Virus record (IMG/VR): IMGVR_UViG_3300035162_000505
DNA length: 64,000 nucleotides
Direction: 5' to 3' (one strand)
DNA from: an uncultured virus (IMG/VR IMGVR_UViG_3300035162_000505)
Lineage: Duplodnaviria > Heunggongvirae > Uroviricota > Caudoviricetes
A model generated the notes under the pieces. That model worked only from the letters and a program-made list of their open reading frames with translations. It did no database searches and was not told the DNA's origin. Both the position numbers and the translations under genes were made by a program. Positions 18,453 through 28,784 of the stretch are shown here, in pieces. Position 1 is the first letter of the stretch, and every line of letters starts with the position of its first letter.

Positions 18453-19015
18453 TTAGCCATCCCACAAATAAATATTACACCACCGTGTTGTATGCCATCT
18501 CTCCAGATCTCTTCAACAATCATTCCGTTATCTCCAATCAATGATGATATTTCTTTGTTAGTAGCATCCAAAGGATCTTGACGGTGACCTCTACTACTTC
18601 TTTCAGAATACTCCAAGAATATTTTTCCTTGAGGATTAAGTTGATCTCTCCACGTAGTAATAGTTTTTTCTGGATCTATAGTATGATCAAATGAGTTGGA
18701 GTATATAATATCAGCCTTACCAATCCACTTCTCTACGGGAAATGTAAAGTCGTGGTGTAGTGTCATAGGAAACTGTGTTGCGGTCTCACTGATCTCTGTC
18801 CCGATAATATAAGCATTAGGACAGTTATCTTTAAAGTATTGCTGTTCCGTTCCATTCCTAGTTCCATGACATATTATAAAAGCGGCATAAGGCTTGTGTT
18901 CACAAATCCTTTTTATAGTATGAGGCTTTACATATCTCCACGTAAGTTTCTCTTTATTGGTCCAAGTCTGTGCTTCTACATAATCATCGTAGTCTTCATA
19001 CTCATAAACTCTCAT
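18449..19015 (-). CDS. methyltransferase-like protein
   Basis: ICHGTRNG, GTEIS, DIIYSNSFDH, LNPQG. Confidence 0.65.
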   Translation of the reverse strand: MRVYEYEDYDDYVEAQTWTNKEKLTWRYVKPHTIKRICEHKPYAAFIICHGTRNGTEQQYFKDNCPNAYIIGTEISETATQFPMTLHHDFTFPVEKWIGKADIIYSNSFDHTIDPEKTITTWRDQLNPQGKIFLEYSERSSRGHRQDPLDATNKEISSLIGDNGMIVEEIWRDGIQHGGVIFICGMAK

Positions 19016-19707
19016 TAAAAGTAAACTCCTGATGTGGTCTTAGGAATATATCCTAGTTCAGTCTTCAAAGCACCACGATGTGTATCCCATTGGCTTTCGT
19101 CTAAAGCATTACCACCGACAACAGCATTGCCAGTTTTATATGGGGTTATCTTTATTTCCTCGTATGAGTTTATATATCTATTCATATTATCATGCCCTGC
19201 GAATCCTATCTTATCATATATCGCATTATATTTCAAGGCATATGTTGGATTACAAGTATAGCCATGTGTAGCCTGTTCTCTGGCACACAGGTTAACAACT
19301 CTAGAAGTATATGGTTGATTTAAGTCTAAAGGTCTTCCAACAATAGCATCGTGTTCTAATACTATGGCAGTATGTCCTTTATCTATAATCTTCTTACGAA
19401 CCTGATAATGACTCATAGTCATACATTGTTGCATAACAATCATTCGGTTTTCTATTTCTTTGGTAGGTTCTTTACCCGCTTTTCTTCTGTAGTTGCCAAG
19501 AAGTCTTTCTCTATAGTCCTCTCTCACTTCCCACATAGGATAATATTCTTCTAGAGTGTAGGGAGTGATGGCATCAAATAATATAGGGTTGACATTGTTT
19601 GCTTTACAAGTATCATACGCTCTTTGAGTAAGCTTCTTAATTTTATCAGTGCCAAAAGTATTAATGGTTGTTATGATATAAGCATCAAACATTACGGAAG
19701 ATCCCAC
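19015..19707 (-). CDS. GT25-like glycosyltransferase
   Basis: FDAITP, CMTMSHY, VLEHDA. Confidence 0.65.
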   Translation of the reverse strand: MGSSVMFDAYIITTINTFGTDKIKKLTQRAYDTCKANNVNPILFDAITPYTLEEYYPMWEVREDYRERLLGNYRRKAGKEPTKEIENRMIVMQQCMTMSHYQVRKKIIDKGHTAIVLEHDAIVGRPLDLNQPYTSRVVNLCAREQATHGYTCNPTYALKYNAIYDKIGFAGHDNMNRYINSYEEIKITPYKTGNAVVGGNALDESQWDTHRGALKTELGYIPKTTSGVYF

Positions 19708-20504
19708 TCGCTCTGTGGTTTGTTAACGATAGTGTAATGCCATGGACCATTGTGATTGTCTGCGTTCCTGAGTTGTACGTGACAAAGCTTTGCTTCTCTA
19801 TCATCTCTACCATCATATACTGGTCTAGGTGTTACATCAGAGTTGCCAGCATAATGAATGTAGGTATTCCAGCCATGATCCATTTCGGTTATATCCATGT
19901 CAGCAATGAACATCATAGCATGAAGATAGTTCTGATCGATCTGATAAAATCTAGGTAGTGATGTGCCTCTGAGATAGTCTATGTATTCTTGGAACGGCAC
20001 AAACCCTTTACGTGCCTTCTCTCTACCCTCAGGCGAATACATTACAACACCAGTATTAAAGATCTTCATATCGCCATTATCGTTCAATGGCATATCTACT
20101 TTGTATTTGGTTTTAAGATAACTGTTCCAAAGCTTGTCTGTCTTGTTATTGAAGATGCCCTCGCCTCTTCCTCTGGTTATCTCTTTATGCTCTTCTCTAC
20201 AGATACCAATATCAGCAATCTTCTGATCAAAGATACTTTCTTTTAAACAGTCTACTGAGAATACATCTGTATCCGCAAATAGAATGTTGTCATACTCTTC
20301 AAACCTCTCTGCCCATATAGGTTCAAAGGCATTATAGTATGTTGGAATGTCGCAATACATTTGCGCCCAATAAGGATCTGTTTTAAAAATATAATCAGCA
20401 CCAATACGATCAGCATAGTTCTTCATGTTCTCTGCGCCGTACTTGACTGCCTCACCGGGGGTGCCTAGCCAATACTGATATATTAAGTTCTTCTTTTTTA
20501 CCAT
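19692..20504 (-). CDS. GT-A glycosyltransferase (GT8/GT34-like)
   Basis: YADRIGADY, FADTD, FNTGV, DQNYL, WN. Confidence 0.75.
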   Translation of the reverse strand: MVKKKNLIYQYWLGTPGEAVKYGAENMKNYADRIGADYIFKTDPYWAQMYCDIPTYYNAFEPIWAERFEEYDNILFADTDVFSVDCLKESIFDQKIADIGICREEHKEITRGRGEGIFNNKTDKLWNSYLKTKYKVDMPLNDNGDMKIFNTGVVMYSPEGREKARKGFVPFQEYIDYLRGTSLPRFYQIDQNYLHAMMFIADMDITEMDHGWNTYIHYAGNSDVTPRPVYDGRDDREAKLCHVQLRNADNHNGPWHYTIVNKPQSEWDLP

Positions 20505-21097
20505 GGTCGATTTGCCTCTATCACTGCCGAATGAAATGCCCTCACTTGGCCTACTGTATCAATGTTCTGAAACTCAGGCAGTCCACTTTCCTGATATTTC
20601 TTTTCCTTTACATTAATATAACCCATTTCTTTCATTGTGTCAACAAGTTCTTTCTTGCTCCAGATGTGCTTGTGCTCTCCATTCTGCCACAATATACCTT
20701 CAGCGCACTGATCTTGTATTCGCATATTCTCTGTTTCTTTGGGAGCAAAGTTATGCTTCTTCACATAGAAGTTATAATAGTGCTTGACCCAACCATGTTC
20801 ACTTAAGTCTTCATCTTGACGTAACCACTTAACAAACTCCATAGGAGGCCAAACAGTTCTGATAGTTCCAAGAGGTTTCATTACACGTAACATCTCTTTT
20901 AGAAAGTTAATGCCTTCGTCCTTGGTCAAGTGCTCTATGAAGTGTTCGTTATAAACTCCACTATAGGTCTGATCATCTACACCCTTCATAGGGAGATCTG
21001 TCATATCGTAGACCATAACTCCGGGCATCTTTACATCACGAACAGCATCCCAATTTAATCCACGTTGTTTAGAACCAGCGATCTCTAGAAATCTCAT
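20498..21097 (-). CDS. SAM methyltransferase (Methyltransf_11-like)
   Basis: LEIAG, EHFIEHL, RVMKPLGTIRTVWP. Confidence 0.75.
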   Translation of the reverse strand: MRFLEIAGSKQRGLNWDAVRDVKMPGVMVYDMTDLPMKGVDDQTYSGVYNEHFIEHLTKDEGINFLKEMLRVMKPLGTIRTVWPPMEFVKWLRQDEDLSEHGWVKHYYNFYVKKHNFAPKETENMRIQDQCAEGILWQNGEHKHIWSKKELVDTMKEMGYINVKEKKYQESGLPEFQNIDTVGQVRAFHSAVIEANRPW

Positions 21098-21894
21098 CGC
21101 ATATCCTTTATGTTTACTAACTTGGCAAGTTCTTCAATGTTCTCTCCTTCCATGGGCAGAACAGTTTTGTGGAAGAAATGTATGAAGTGTGCTTCTTGAA
21201 GTTTATCATTAGGAACGGCATTATACAAACCATTCCATTTCCAATCCAAATGCTTGAGACGCATCTTCTCTTCTCGAACCCAAGTGTTAAGAAGTGTCTG
21301 ATCTGTTGACCACTTCCATGGACCTAGACCATCAATGAATGGTTTGAACCTTGGTCTACGTAAGAACTGTGCTGGTGTTTCTCCGTTAAGGAAATCGCCC
21401 ATAGACTTATTCATTAACATCATACCCATGTTAAAGAACTCTGCGCCATGCTTGTTCCACTTCCAATCAACATTCTTGATTGTTTGATACTGCATACGAG
21501 AGTAGTTTGTGATCTTCTGTAGATACTGATCGTTCAATGGCATCTGACGTTCTATAACACCAGCGAAGTCATAGTCACTACTGATCTCATCAAAGATGTT
21601 TGGTGCTGTTTCTCTGATGTAGATATCACCGTCAATCAATGCTATTTTGTCATAGGATCTGAAGTATGCAAAGGCATTCTCTTTCTCATAGATAGGAAGG
21701 AACCCGCCATACTTACCATAGGATTCAGTTGATCTATTTGTTTGAAAAATGTCAGGCTTGATCATAAGAATAGGGTGTCGCTGAACAACATAGTCAGCCC
21801 CTATTCTATCAGCATATGCCTTAACTGATGCAGTACAAAAGTCGTAAAGTTTCTTACGCTTTCCTGTGTATACTTGGTATATCAATGTCTTCAT
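21094..21894 (-). CDS. GT-A glycosyltransferase (GT8/GT34-like), paralog of 19692..20504
   Basis: YADRIGADY, LIDGD, FNMG, DQTLLN, WKWN, HFIHF. Confidence 0.75.
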   Translation of the reverse strand: MKTLIYQVYTGKRKKLYDFCTASVKAYADRIGADYVVQRHPILMIKPDIFQTNRSTESYGKYGGFLPIYEKENAFAYFRSYDKIALIDGDIYIRETAPNIFDEISSDYDFAGVIERQMPLNDQYLQKITNYSRMQYQTIKNVDWKWNKHGAEFFNMGMMLMNKSMGDFLNGETPAQFLRRPRFKPFIDGLGPWKWSTDQTLLNTWVREEKMRLKHLDWKWNGLYNAVPNDKLQEAHFIHFFHKTVLPMEGENIEELAKLVNIKDMR

Positions 21895-22507
21895 AATTTA
21901 AACCTATAAAATTTCTTCTTGGAGATTGGTGATCAATGGTATTTAGTCCATCAAAACAAATTTGATCTATGTAATAAAAGTCTTTCATTTTTTCCTGTGC
22001 GTCAAAGTTTAACATATTGCTAATAAAACCATCGCTGTTAAGTGTTATTTTTTTGCTCACCGTATTGGCAACTAGTCTTTCTGCAACTCTTGGCGTTAAA
22101 TAGTAACCAGATCCTACTGACATATGGAGATTGGTTTCTGAACTATATGAAAGAAACTTATATCCTTCTTTACTCATGTCAGGTAATGGCTTCATAAGTT
22201 TTGAGTCATGCTCTACTATAATAAGCGGCCCTTTGTTAACACACTTACACCATAAATCGAAGTGACTATACCAAACTGCTTTTTCAGTAGAGGTAAAAGG
22301 TCTTTTTATTCTTCCACCTCTTTTAATATCAAATGTTAACTGGTTTCTATATGCTAAATCTTTCGGAGTTGTTGCTTCATGTATTGTGGGAGTTATACCA
22401 TGATCTTCCCAAGATGGCATAACTTCTCTAACATACATTTGAGAAATAGGATGGTCAGTCATAGCAATCATATAAACAGGTATCATTTTATTATGACTAC
22501 TTACCAA
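21854..22507 (-). CDS. GT25-like glycosyltransferase
   Basis: TEKAVWYSHFDLW, IVEHDS, YYLTP, NSD. Confidence 0.7.
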   Translation of the reverse strand: MVSSHNKMIPVYMIAMTDHPISQMYVREVMPSWEDHGITPTIHEATTPKDLAYRNQLTFDIKRGGRIKRPFTSTEKAVWYSHFDLWCKCVNKGPLIIVEHDSKLMKPLPDMSKEGYKFLSYSSETNLHMSVGSGYYLTPRVAERLVANTVSKKITLNSDGFISNMLNFDAQEKMKDFYYIDQICFDGLNTIDHQSPRRNFIGLNYEDIDIPSIHRKA

Positions 22508-23000
22508 AAACTAAACGATCTGGTGCCTGTGTAAAAATATCTATTGACTCTCGTTCTATACTGTTTAAAATGTTTTGCGCTCCAACATGATCCATCACAT
22601 GAACATAATTAGAAGTTGATATTTTTTTAGGATTACCCATACTGAGCATTCTGTGATTTAATACAGATCTAGGTATATCTTTTCTAAAGTTGCTTACACT
22701 AGAAAAAGCTATTATAAAATGTTTTTCTAACTTCCTTGCTTTTAACAAAACTGACCAATATGCATACCATTGAAGAATACCAATCAAACCAACATCTTTT
22801 TGTCTCACAGGTAATTCAAATCCTAACTCATGATTTGCCACTTGCTTAACTGTCGGGTAGTACTGTATAGTTGGAGCATATCCAAACACCCTAAACTCTG
22901 CGACTAGTTTCTGTTTGGCTATTATATGAGAATCTTTTTGTGCAGATGTTAAAATAAACACCCTAGTATCTTTAGGTAAGTGTAATGGATCTTCTATCAT
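22497..23000 (-). CDS. hypothetical protein (possibly degenerate GT25-like)
   Basis: Similar layout to neighbours but lacks EHD. Confidence 0.4.
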   Translation of the reverse strand: MIEDPLHLPKDTRVFILTSAQKDSHIIAKQKLVAEFRVFGYAPTIQYYPTVKQVANHELGFELPVRQKDVGLIGILQWYAYWSVLLKARKLEKHFIIAFSSVSNFRKDIPRSVLNHRMLSMGNPKKISTSNYVHVMDHVGAQNILNSIERESIDIFTQAPDRLVFGK

Positions 23001-23956
23001 CTGTAATCATCCAAGTTAAAGTTTGTGCCATACATTTTATAGTTTTCACGCCCATGATTAGTATACACTAAAACTTCAGGATCGTCAATCAAGAAGTCGC
23101 AACTCTTACAGAAATCAGGATAGTCTCCTGTCTCGTGTTGCTTTCTTAGTTTATTATACGCATCACCATTAAATATTTCTTCAAGTGTATTTAGTGAACC
23201 ATGACCTAATACTGCTTCATCATCCCTGCCTAGAACCTGACAACAAGGATGTATTGCACCAGTAGCATCACCGATGCCCCCAGCCCTAATAACAAGATCA
23301 GGAGAAAAAGGTCTTCCACAGGTTTTCTTTTCACCCAATCTATCATACGTTGGATCATATACACCGCTCCAGTTATGCATCTTCCATATCTCTGTGTCTA
23401 CATTTGCAGACTTCACAATCTTTTGATACTCAGCAACCTCATAATCTATGTTATCATTATCTAGTATCAAATGATATGTAGCAACAACACAATCAGATTT
23501 AGAACTAATAGTGTATCGTTTCATATCATGTAGATTAGTTATTACCTTATAAAAGTTATCACTATTCATCCACTCCTTATATTTATCATAGTTATAACCT
23601 ACAATGCTAAATCTAAAGAAATCTAATCCAGCATCAACACATTCCTTCATAAAGTTACCGTTCATACGATAACCATTAGAAAATATGACTGCCTTTGCTT
23701 TATGTTTTTTTACTACGGCAATGTATTCTGCTAGGTTTCTATTGATTGTAGCTTCACCAGAACCATCTAGGTTTACTACATTAAGTCCAGCCTCAACACA
23801 CTGTTCAACATAATCCTCAAACTCGACAAGAGGCATACGCTTCATCCAGTTTTTACCACGTGCTCCAGTGGTTCCATCTTCTTTAGTTTGTGGACACATC
23901 TGACAAGTGTAGTTACACCCACCATTTATCTCAATAACGGCTCTATCTATTTGCAT
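22997..23956 (-). CDS. radical SAM protein with SPASM/twitch domain
   Basis: CNYTCQMC, GSGEA, C-terminal CGRP...PCC...CKSC. Confidence 0.9.
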   Translation of the reverse strand: MQIDRAVIEINGGCNYTCQMCPQTKEDGTTGARGKNWMKRMPLVEFEDYVEQCVEAGLNVVNLDGSGEATINRNLAEYIAVVKKHKAKAVIFSNGYRMNGNFMKECVDAGLDFFRFSIVGYNYDKYKEWMNSDNFYKVITNLHDMKRYTISSKSDCVVATYHLILDNDNIDYEVAEYQKIVKSANVDTEIWKMHNWSGVYDPTYDRLGEKKTCGRPFSPDLVIRAGGIGDATGAIHPCCQVLGRDDEAVLGHGSLNTLEEIFNGDAYNKLRKQHETGDYPDFCKSCDFLIDDPEVLVYTNHGRENYKMYGTNFNLDDYR

Positions 23957-24796
23957 TTAAAATCCATTCACAAATCTAAAGAAAACATTTTTATAGTTTT
24001 CTGCTCTTTCTGTTGCCGACTCAATATAGTATTCAAATTTATCTAAATCCTTATGTATATAAAAATTTCCTAAATCTGGCATACCTCTTTCAATCATGAC
24101 TGCCGCTGGTGTGTGCCATTTAGTTATAGCCGAATCACTAAGAACTATATGAGGTTTAAATAAGTTTTTAGCCACATAGTGCCACATACCTTCATATGAT
24201 AAACAGCACTCGCAAGTACGTATATGATACAAGGCTTCATGTATAGGAGTTCTATAATCTATCTCAGTAATATTGTATCCAAAATCTTGTAACCTATCGA
24301 TAAGTCTCTGCCACTCAGAATCTAATAGCATACTCTTTGAGTTACCCATTTGCTGATGCATATTACCACTAGGTCTCCATAAGGTTATTTTATTATCTTC
24401 TGGAGTAGTATTTATAGTAGGATCTAATGCCCAATAGCGATATAGTTCAGAGTGTTTATGCCTACTTATACCTTGATAAAACTTTTTATATAATGCAGTG
24501 TCTTTACTATCAAAAACATATTCAACGTCTACAATATCTTTCCACATATATCTACTACGAATGTATTCAACCCTTTCAACAACGCTCTCAGGATCTTCAT
24601 AGTGGTGTACGTAGTCTTTAGGATGATAGAAGTGTATCTGAAACTTAGTAGGCTTTTGATTAGCAAACGCCCTCATGTAAGCAATATTGAGACCATACAT
24701 ACTGTCACCAATACCAACAGTAGTTTTCCAACGTATAGAATCTAGACCATGATTATCTCGCCAGTTGCCTACCCAATGATTCCACAGGTCGCTCAT
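23957..24796 (-). CDS. hypothetical protein (GT-B/GT9-like)
   Basis: GIGD near the N-terminus; SYEGMWHYVA. Confidence 0.45.
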   Translation of the reverse strand: MSDLWNHWVGNWRDNHGLDSIRWKTTVGIGDSMYGLNIAYMRAFANQKPTKFQIHFYHPKDYVHHYEDPESVVERVEYIRSRYMWKDIVDVEYVFDSKDTALYKKFYQGISRHKHSELYRYWALDPTINTTPEDNKITLWRPSGNMHQQMGNSKSMLLDSEWQRLIDRLQDFGYNITEIDYRTPIHEALYHIRTCECCLSYEGMWHYVAKNLFKPHIVLSDSAITKWHTPAAVMIERGMPDLGNFYIHKDLDKFEYYIESATERAENYKNVFFRFVNGF

Positions 24797-24992
24797 AATA
24801 ATCTACAATCTCTTTTGCTAAACTCATGGCTTCGTTAAAATTTTTACGGAACCGATTATTCTTATGACCGTTTTCTATAAAGTTCTTTAGGTTATTTATG
24901 TCACCATCATAACTAGGTAAATCATATGATTTCCTATATGACACCATAGTTTCCCATTCAAACCTCAGATTTAATATTTTAGCTAAACTCAT
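24753..24992 (-). CDS. conserved hypothetical protein
   Basis: GHKNNRFR; operonic position. Confidence 0.5.
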   Translation of the reverse strand: MSLAKILNLRFEWETMVSYRKSYDLPSYDGDINNLKNFIENGHKNNRFRKNFNEAMSLAKEIVDYYERPVESLGRQLAR

Positions 24993-25584
24993 AATTACCT
25001 TCCATTTTAAATAGTCCCATTATTCCCGGACTTTTTAGTTCACATTCTTTTGCTGATGAATATTTAATATTAGTATAAAACCAATACATAGGTTCATACT
25101 TTAAAGAGAATAGGTTTTTGTCCATTTTAACTACCCACCTAACATCAGAATGTTCTAAGTTATCAATTACAATGTATTTTGGTTTTATTTTCATACAAGA
25201 AATTAAGTCTTCTTTTACAAATTCATATATATGATTGCCATCCACAAATATTAAATCTATATCACTATGTCTGTCCTCGTTATTCCAAATAGCATCCTTA
25301 TAATAAGTGTGTTGGGGCCAGAACTTTTTTATTTGTCTAGCATTACTTTCAGACACAAGGTTAGGATCATAACTAACTAAAGATTGTAAGTTCTTAAATA
25401 CAGTCATCATCAACAAAGCAGAATGACCAGCCCACATACCGATTTCTATTACCTTCTTAGGATTCACAATCTCTTGTATTTCAATCCAAGGATTTACCAT
25501 ATCGGGGTTATTTAAGTCCGTACCACCCCATGCATCTTTAGGATAATGTATATAATGATCGTCAATGTCTAAAAGATTCTTCAC
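24979..25584 (-). CDS. class I SAM methyltransferase (Methyltransf_24-like)
   Basis: IEIGMWAGHS, DLIFVDGNH, IVIDN. Confidence 0.75.
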   Translation of the reverse strand: MKNLLDIDDHYIHYPKDAWGGTDLNNPDMVNPWIEIQEIVNPKKVIEIGMWAGHSALLMMTVFKNLQSLVSYDPNLVSESNARQIKKFWPQHTYYKDAIWNNEDRHSDIDLIFVDGNHIYEFVKEDLISCMKIKPKYIVIDNLEHSDVRWVVKMDKNLFSLKYEPMYWFYTNIKYSSAKECELKSPGIMGLFKMEGNYEFS

Positions 25585-26152
25585 CTAATTGTCCAATCAA
25601 TTCTCTATCAACCATAAAATCTATGTTAGTAGAAATTATAGTTTTCCTGAGATTACTTTTAATAACAGGGGATCTGTGGTTTAAAAAAGTAGGAAAGAAT
25701 AATATGTCACCTTCTTTAACATCAAACTTCCCATAGTTTAAAAATTCTGTAGCCTCTTTTGTGTCAGGTAACTCGACATAATATATAAAAGCCCAATGAC
25801 CTCTATGCTCATGCCAACCAAAATCAGAGCCTTGTAAATATTGTTGAAACCAAAATTGGAATATTTTTAAACGTTTTAAACCATATATGCCACAAATCTC
25901 TTCAAGAGGAGATAGTAGTATATTATCCATTGAGGTCTTATATGTTCTTGGTGCTTTAGGAATATCAAAATCATAGTAATACCCCTCTTTATTAAGCTCA
26001 ATATTATTGTCTGCTTTCATCTGATCTATTGATGATAGCAGTTTAGGTTTCCAATAATCATGATCTTCCACAGAAAATATGTGAACGTGATCTGGTAACT
26101 TAGCCTTGGAGTTGTTGGTTGTCAAGGTCTTCGAAATCGTTTTCGTCATCAT
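25562..26152 (-). CDS. 2OG-Fe(II) oxygenase (TIGR02466-like)
   Basis: WFQQY...WHEH...YYV...EGDILFFP..LNH...RKTIIS. Confidence 0.75.
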   Translation of the reverse strand: MMTKTISKTLTTNNSKAKLPDHVHIFSVEDHDYWKPKLLSSIDQMKADNNIELNKEGYYYDFDIPKAPRTYKTSMDNILLSPLEEICGIYGLKRLKIFQFWFQQYLQGSDFGWHEHRGHWAFIYYVELPDTKEATEFLNYGKFDVKEGDILFFPTFLNHRSPVIKSNLRKTIISTNIDFMVDRELIGQLGEESFRH

Positions 26153-26285
26153 ACATCACTTCATTCAACTGTTGCTTGCCATCATCATTCGATACTTCTC
26201 GTATACGAACATCTCCATTCAAAGATTTACTTTTCTGATTGCCGCTTTTTTTATTACGGGAATCGTACCTAGTATATTTTGCCAT
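26100..26285 (-). CDS. small hypothetical protein
   Basis: GAGG RBS before MAKYTRYD. Confidence 0.5.
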   Translation of the reverse strand: MAKYTRYDSRNKKSGNQKSKSLNGDVRIREVSNDDGKQQLNEVMYDDENDFEDLDNQQLQG

Positions 26286-26296
26286 TTTAACCTCTC

Positions 26297-26992
26297 TTAG
26301 TATCCTAGCATTTCTTTTGTCATAATATAGTCTCTTACAAAATCTGAGCGAACAATATCTTCCCAACCAAAGTTCACTATAGTAAAGTTCTTTAACTGTT
26401 CAACTATCTGTAGGAACTTTATAATACCATTTTTCTCATCATCGAACTTAAAATCACTTTGTTTAAAGTCTCCTGAAAATATAATCTTACTTTGTTTACC
26501 GACACGAGTTATAACAGAATCTAACTCATGAAAGTTAAGGTTCTGCATCTCATCTACTACTATCACACAGTTGTCGTAAGTAGTTCCTCTGATAAAAGAT
26601 GTTGAGTCAAAAGATATTTGACCTGATGTTAACATTTTATTGTATGATGCTTTATCTCCAAACAGTTCATTACAAATGTTTTTATAAGGAGAAGTAAAGG
26701 CATCTTCTTTCTCTTCCTTTGTCCCCGGCAAAAAACCCATGTCTCTTGTGGGAACCATAGATCTTACTATAACTAGTCTGTCATAGTCTTGCTCTTCTAA
26801 CACATCCTCTAATGCAAGGTATAAAGCCATAAAGGTTTTACCCGTACCAGCCGATCCCGTGAGAACTAGGTTATCACCTTCATCCCACGATTTAAAAGCA
26901 GTTTCCTGATTGGCTGTTAAAGGTTCATGCTGAAGCAAGTCAGCCAATTTAACAGTCATAGAATTATTTAAAGTCTTCACACGATTTTTCAT
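26297..26992 (-). CDS. phoH: PhoH-family ATPase
   Basis: GSAGTGKT, GFLPG, FIRGTT, DEMQN, GDFKQSD, DIVRS. Confidence 0.95.
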   Translation of the reverse strand: MKNRVKTLNNSMTVKLADLLQHEPLTANQETAFKSWDEGDNLVLTGSAGTGKTFMALYLALEDVLEEQDYDRLVIVRSMVPTRDMGFLPGTKEEKEDAFTSPYKNICNELFGDKASYNKMLTSGQISFDSTSFIRGTTYDNCVIVVDEMQNLNFHELDSVITRVGKQSKIIFSGDFKQSDFKFDDEKNGIIKFLQIVEQLKNFTIVNFGWEDIVRSDFVRDYIMTKEMLGY

Positions 26993-26993
26993 T

Positions 26994-27227
26994 TTACACG
27001 TCTATATTATTATCTCTACCAGCACCTGATTTTACTCTGCGAAGAACATCTTTCCACCCATCACCAGCCTTGTTATGAGTTGACCCATGCTGAGATATAA
27101 ACGTAGGAGTTATTAACTTCTGTTTATATTCACCATTAGACAAGAACTCATCACGCTCTGTTACTGACATGAACATTTCTTTTTCTTCATTATTCGACAC
27201 ATTTATCATTGTATATGTGGGCATCAT
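26994..27227 (-). CDS. FmdB-like small protein
   Basis: MPTY N-terminus; GWKDVL; position upstream of phoH. Confidence 0.55.
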   Translation of the reverse strand: MMPTYTMINVSNNEEKEMFMSVTERDEFLSNGEYKQKLITPTFISQHGSTHNKAGDGWKDVLRRVKSGAGRDNNIDV

Positions 27228-27241
27228 TATAACCTTTTAAA

Positions 27242-27391
27242 TTATGCGGCTTCCAACCTTGATTCCAGAAAATCACGTTTACGTTTTAACTTTAAAACTA
27301 AATCCATCTTACCTTTTTCCTTTACTTTATTTATGTATAGGTTTAAATCTTCTAAATCTTTTCTGAGTCTCTCATGTTGGATTCTACTCAT
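27242..27391 (-). CDS. small basic coiled-coil protein, 49 aa (not in ORF track)
   Basis: AGGAGAAGG RBS; MSRIQHERLRKDLEDL...LEAA. Confidence 0.6.
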   Translation of the reverse strand: MSRIQHERLRKDLEDLNLYINKVKEKGKMDLVLKLKRKRDFLESRLEAA

Positions 27392-27410
27392 ACCTTCTCC
27401 TTATAGTATT

Positions 27411-27845
27411 TTATTTAACAATTAAGTCTGGGAAAGCCTCCTTTACAAGTTTCTTTGTAATACCCTTGATAGGCATATCTTTATTGATCATACCCACAAG
27501 AAGATCTGCATCTCTTGGGTGTACTGTTTCAAGTATATCTAAAAACATTTTTTCTCTTTTTACGGCTGGCATCTTAGCACCAGAAGTGTTGGGTAAGAAA
27601 TACGCAAACTTTCTATTATGAGTGGTTAAATTTGATGGCACTGACCTAACATCAGCGGGTTCATAAGGAACCTTACCAGTAGGCAAGTTCCATTTCACCA
27701 GATCATCAAAGGTGCCACGCAATATATCTTTCATTGCCCAATTATTATTATTCTTTTGTAAGATTTGTATTTTGTCTGTGCGACTTTTTGCTTTAGATAC
27801 TTGATCTAAAATCTCAAACACCATCCAAGTTGTCTTATTAACCAT
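27411..27845 (-). CDS. conserved T4-like phage hypothetical protein
   Basis: WNLPTGKVPY, KREKMF..LE.VHP.DA, VKEAFP. Confidence 0.65.
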   Translation of the reverse strand: MVNKTTWMVFEILDQVSKAKSRTDKIQILQKNNNNWAMKDILRGTFDDLVKWNLPTGKVPYEPADVRSVPSNLTTHNRKFAYFLPNTSGAKMPAVKREKMFLDILETVHPRDADLLVGMINKDMPIKGITKKLVKEAFPDLIVK

Positions 27846-27846
27846 A

Positions 27847-28692
27847 TTAAATAAAGTCCTCTATATCCTCAAGTAACATTCGGCATCTGTTCTCTACTAA
27901 GTAAGGAAACACTTTGCTTCTGTTGTTCACTATATTATCTTGTTCATCAAAACTATTTAGTATTTTAGATTTTACCAAACTAGGAGTTTCTTCTAAATCT
28001 ATTAACTTTTTATTACGGCAATAGTTTCTATAAACCTCATCGCCCATAGCTTTAATATCTTCTACTAGAGTATCTATAGTAGTTTGACGCATGGGTGTTT
28101 GACGTATTCCTTCTACAAAGCAATTATCATTGCTAAGAACATTAGGTACACCATCTGAAGTATCACCCTTTAATATCAACTCTAATAGTTGTTGTCTAGG
28201 ATTATTTTCTACAACAAAGGTTTTCTTTAAGGGAGAGTATTGTTTTACATTATTATACTTCTGTAACTGTGCGAAGTCTTTATCTGAAGACACAATCATT
28301 ATAGGTTCATTCTTACCAAACTCTTGTGATGCATCTACTAGAGTTCCTATAACATCGTCTGCTTCACATTCATCTATAAGAACAGTCTTGTATGGAAAGT
28401 GTTCGCCAATCTCATCATAAACCTTAGAAGTTATTCTAAAGAGTTCTTTCCAATCAGTATTATCTTTCTTACGATTGGCTCCACGTTTAAACTTATAGTT
28501 AGGGAAGTATTCTTTACGCCAGTTCTTTCTGCCATCACCACACACAACTATCTCACCGTATTTGTCTTTAAACTTATTACGATACATTCTTACGTTGTTT
28601 AAGATGAGATGCCTAAACAAATCCTCATTCATCTCATCTTTCTGTAGTATCACACTTCCGATAGCTACAGCATTATAATCAATCAAAATCAC
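27847..28692 (-). CDS. rnh: T4-type RNase H (5'-3' exonuclease)
   Basis: ILIDY, WRKEYFPNYK, EADDVIG, SSDKDFAQL, GDTSDGVPN. Confidence 0.92.
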   Translation of the reverse strand: MILIDYNAVAIGSVILQKDEMNEDLFRHLILNNVRMYRNKFKDKYGEIVVCGDGRKNWRKEYFPNYKFKRGANRKKDNTDWKELFRITSKVYDEIGEHFPYKTVLIDECEADDVIGTLVDASQEFGKNEPIMIVSSDKDFAQLQKYNNVKQYSPLKKTFVVENNPRQQLLELILKGDTSDGVPNVLSNDNCFVEGIRQTPMRQTTIDTLVEDIKAMGDEVYRNYCRNKKLIDLEETPSLVKSKILNSFDEQDNIVNNRSKVFPYLVENRCRMLLEDIEDFI

Positions 28693-28784
28693 TGGTCTTA
28701 CTCCTAATATAATATGGATATACTATCCACCTCAAAAACCTTTAGTTTATTATATACTAATCTGACGATTCGTCAACCCCTTTT

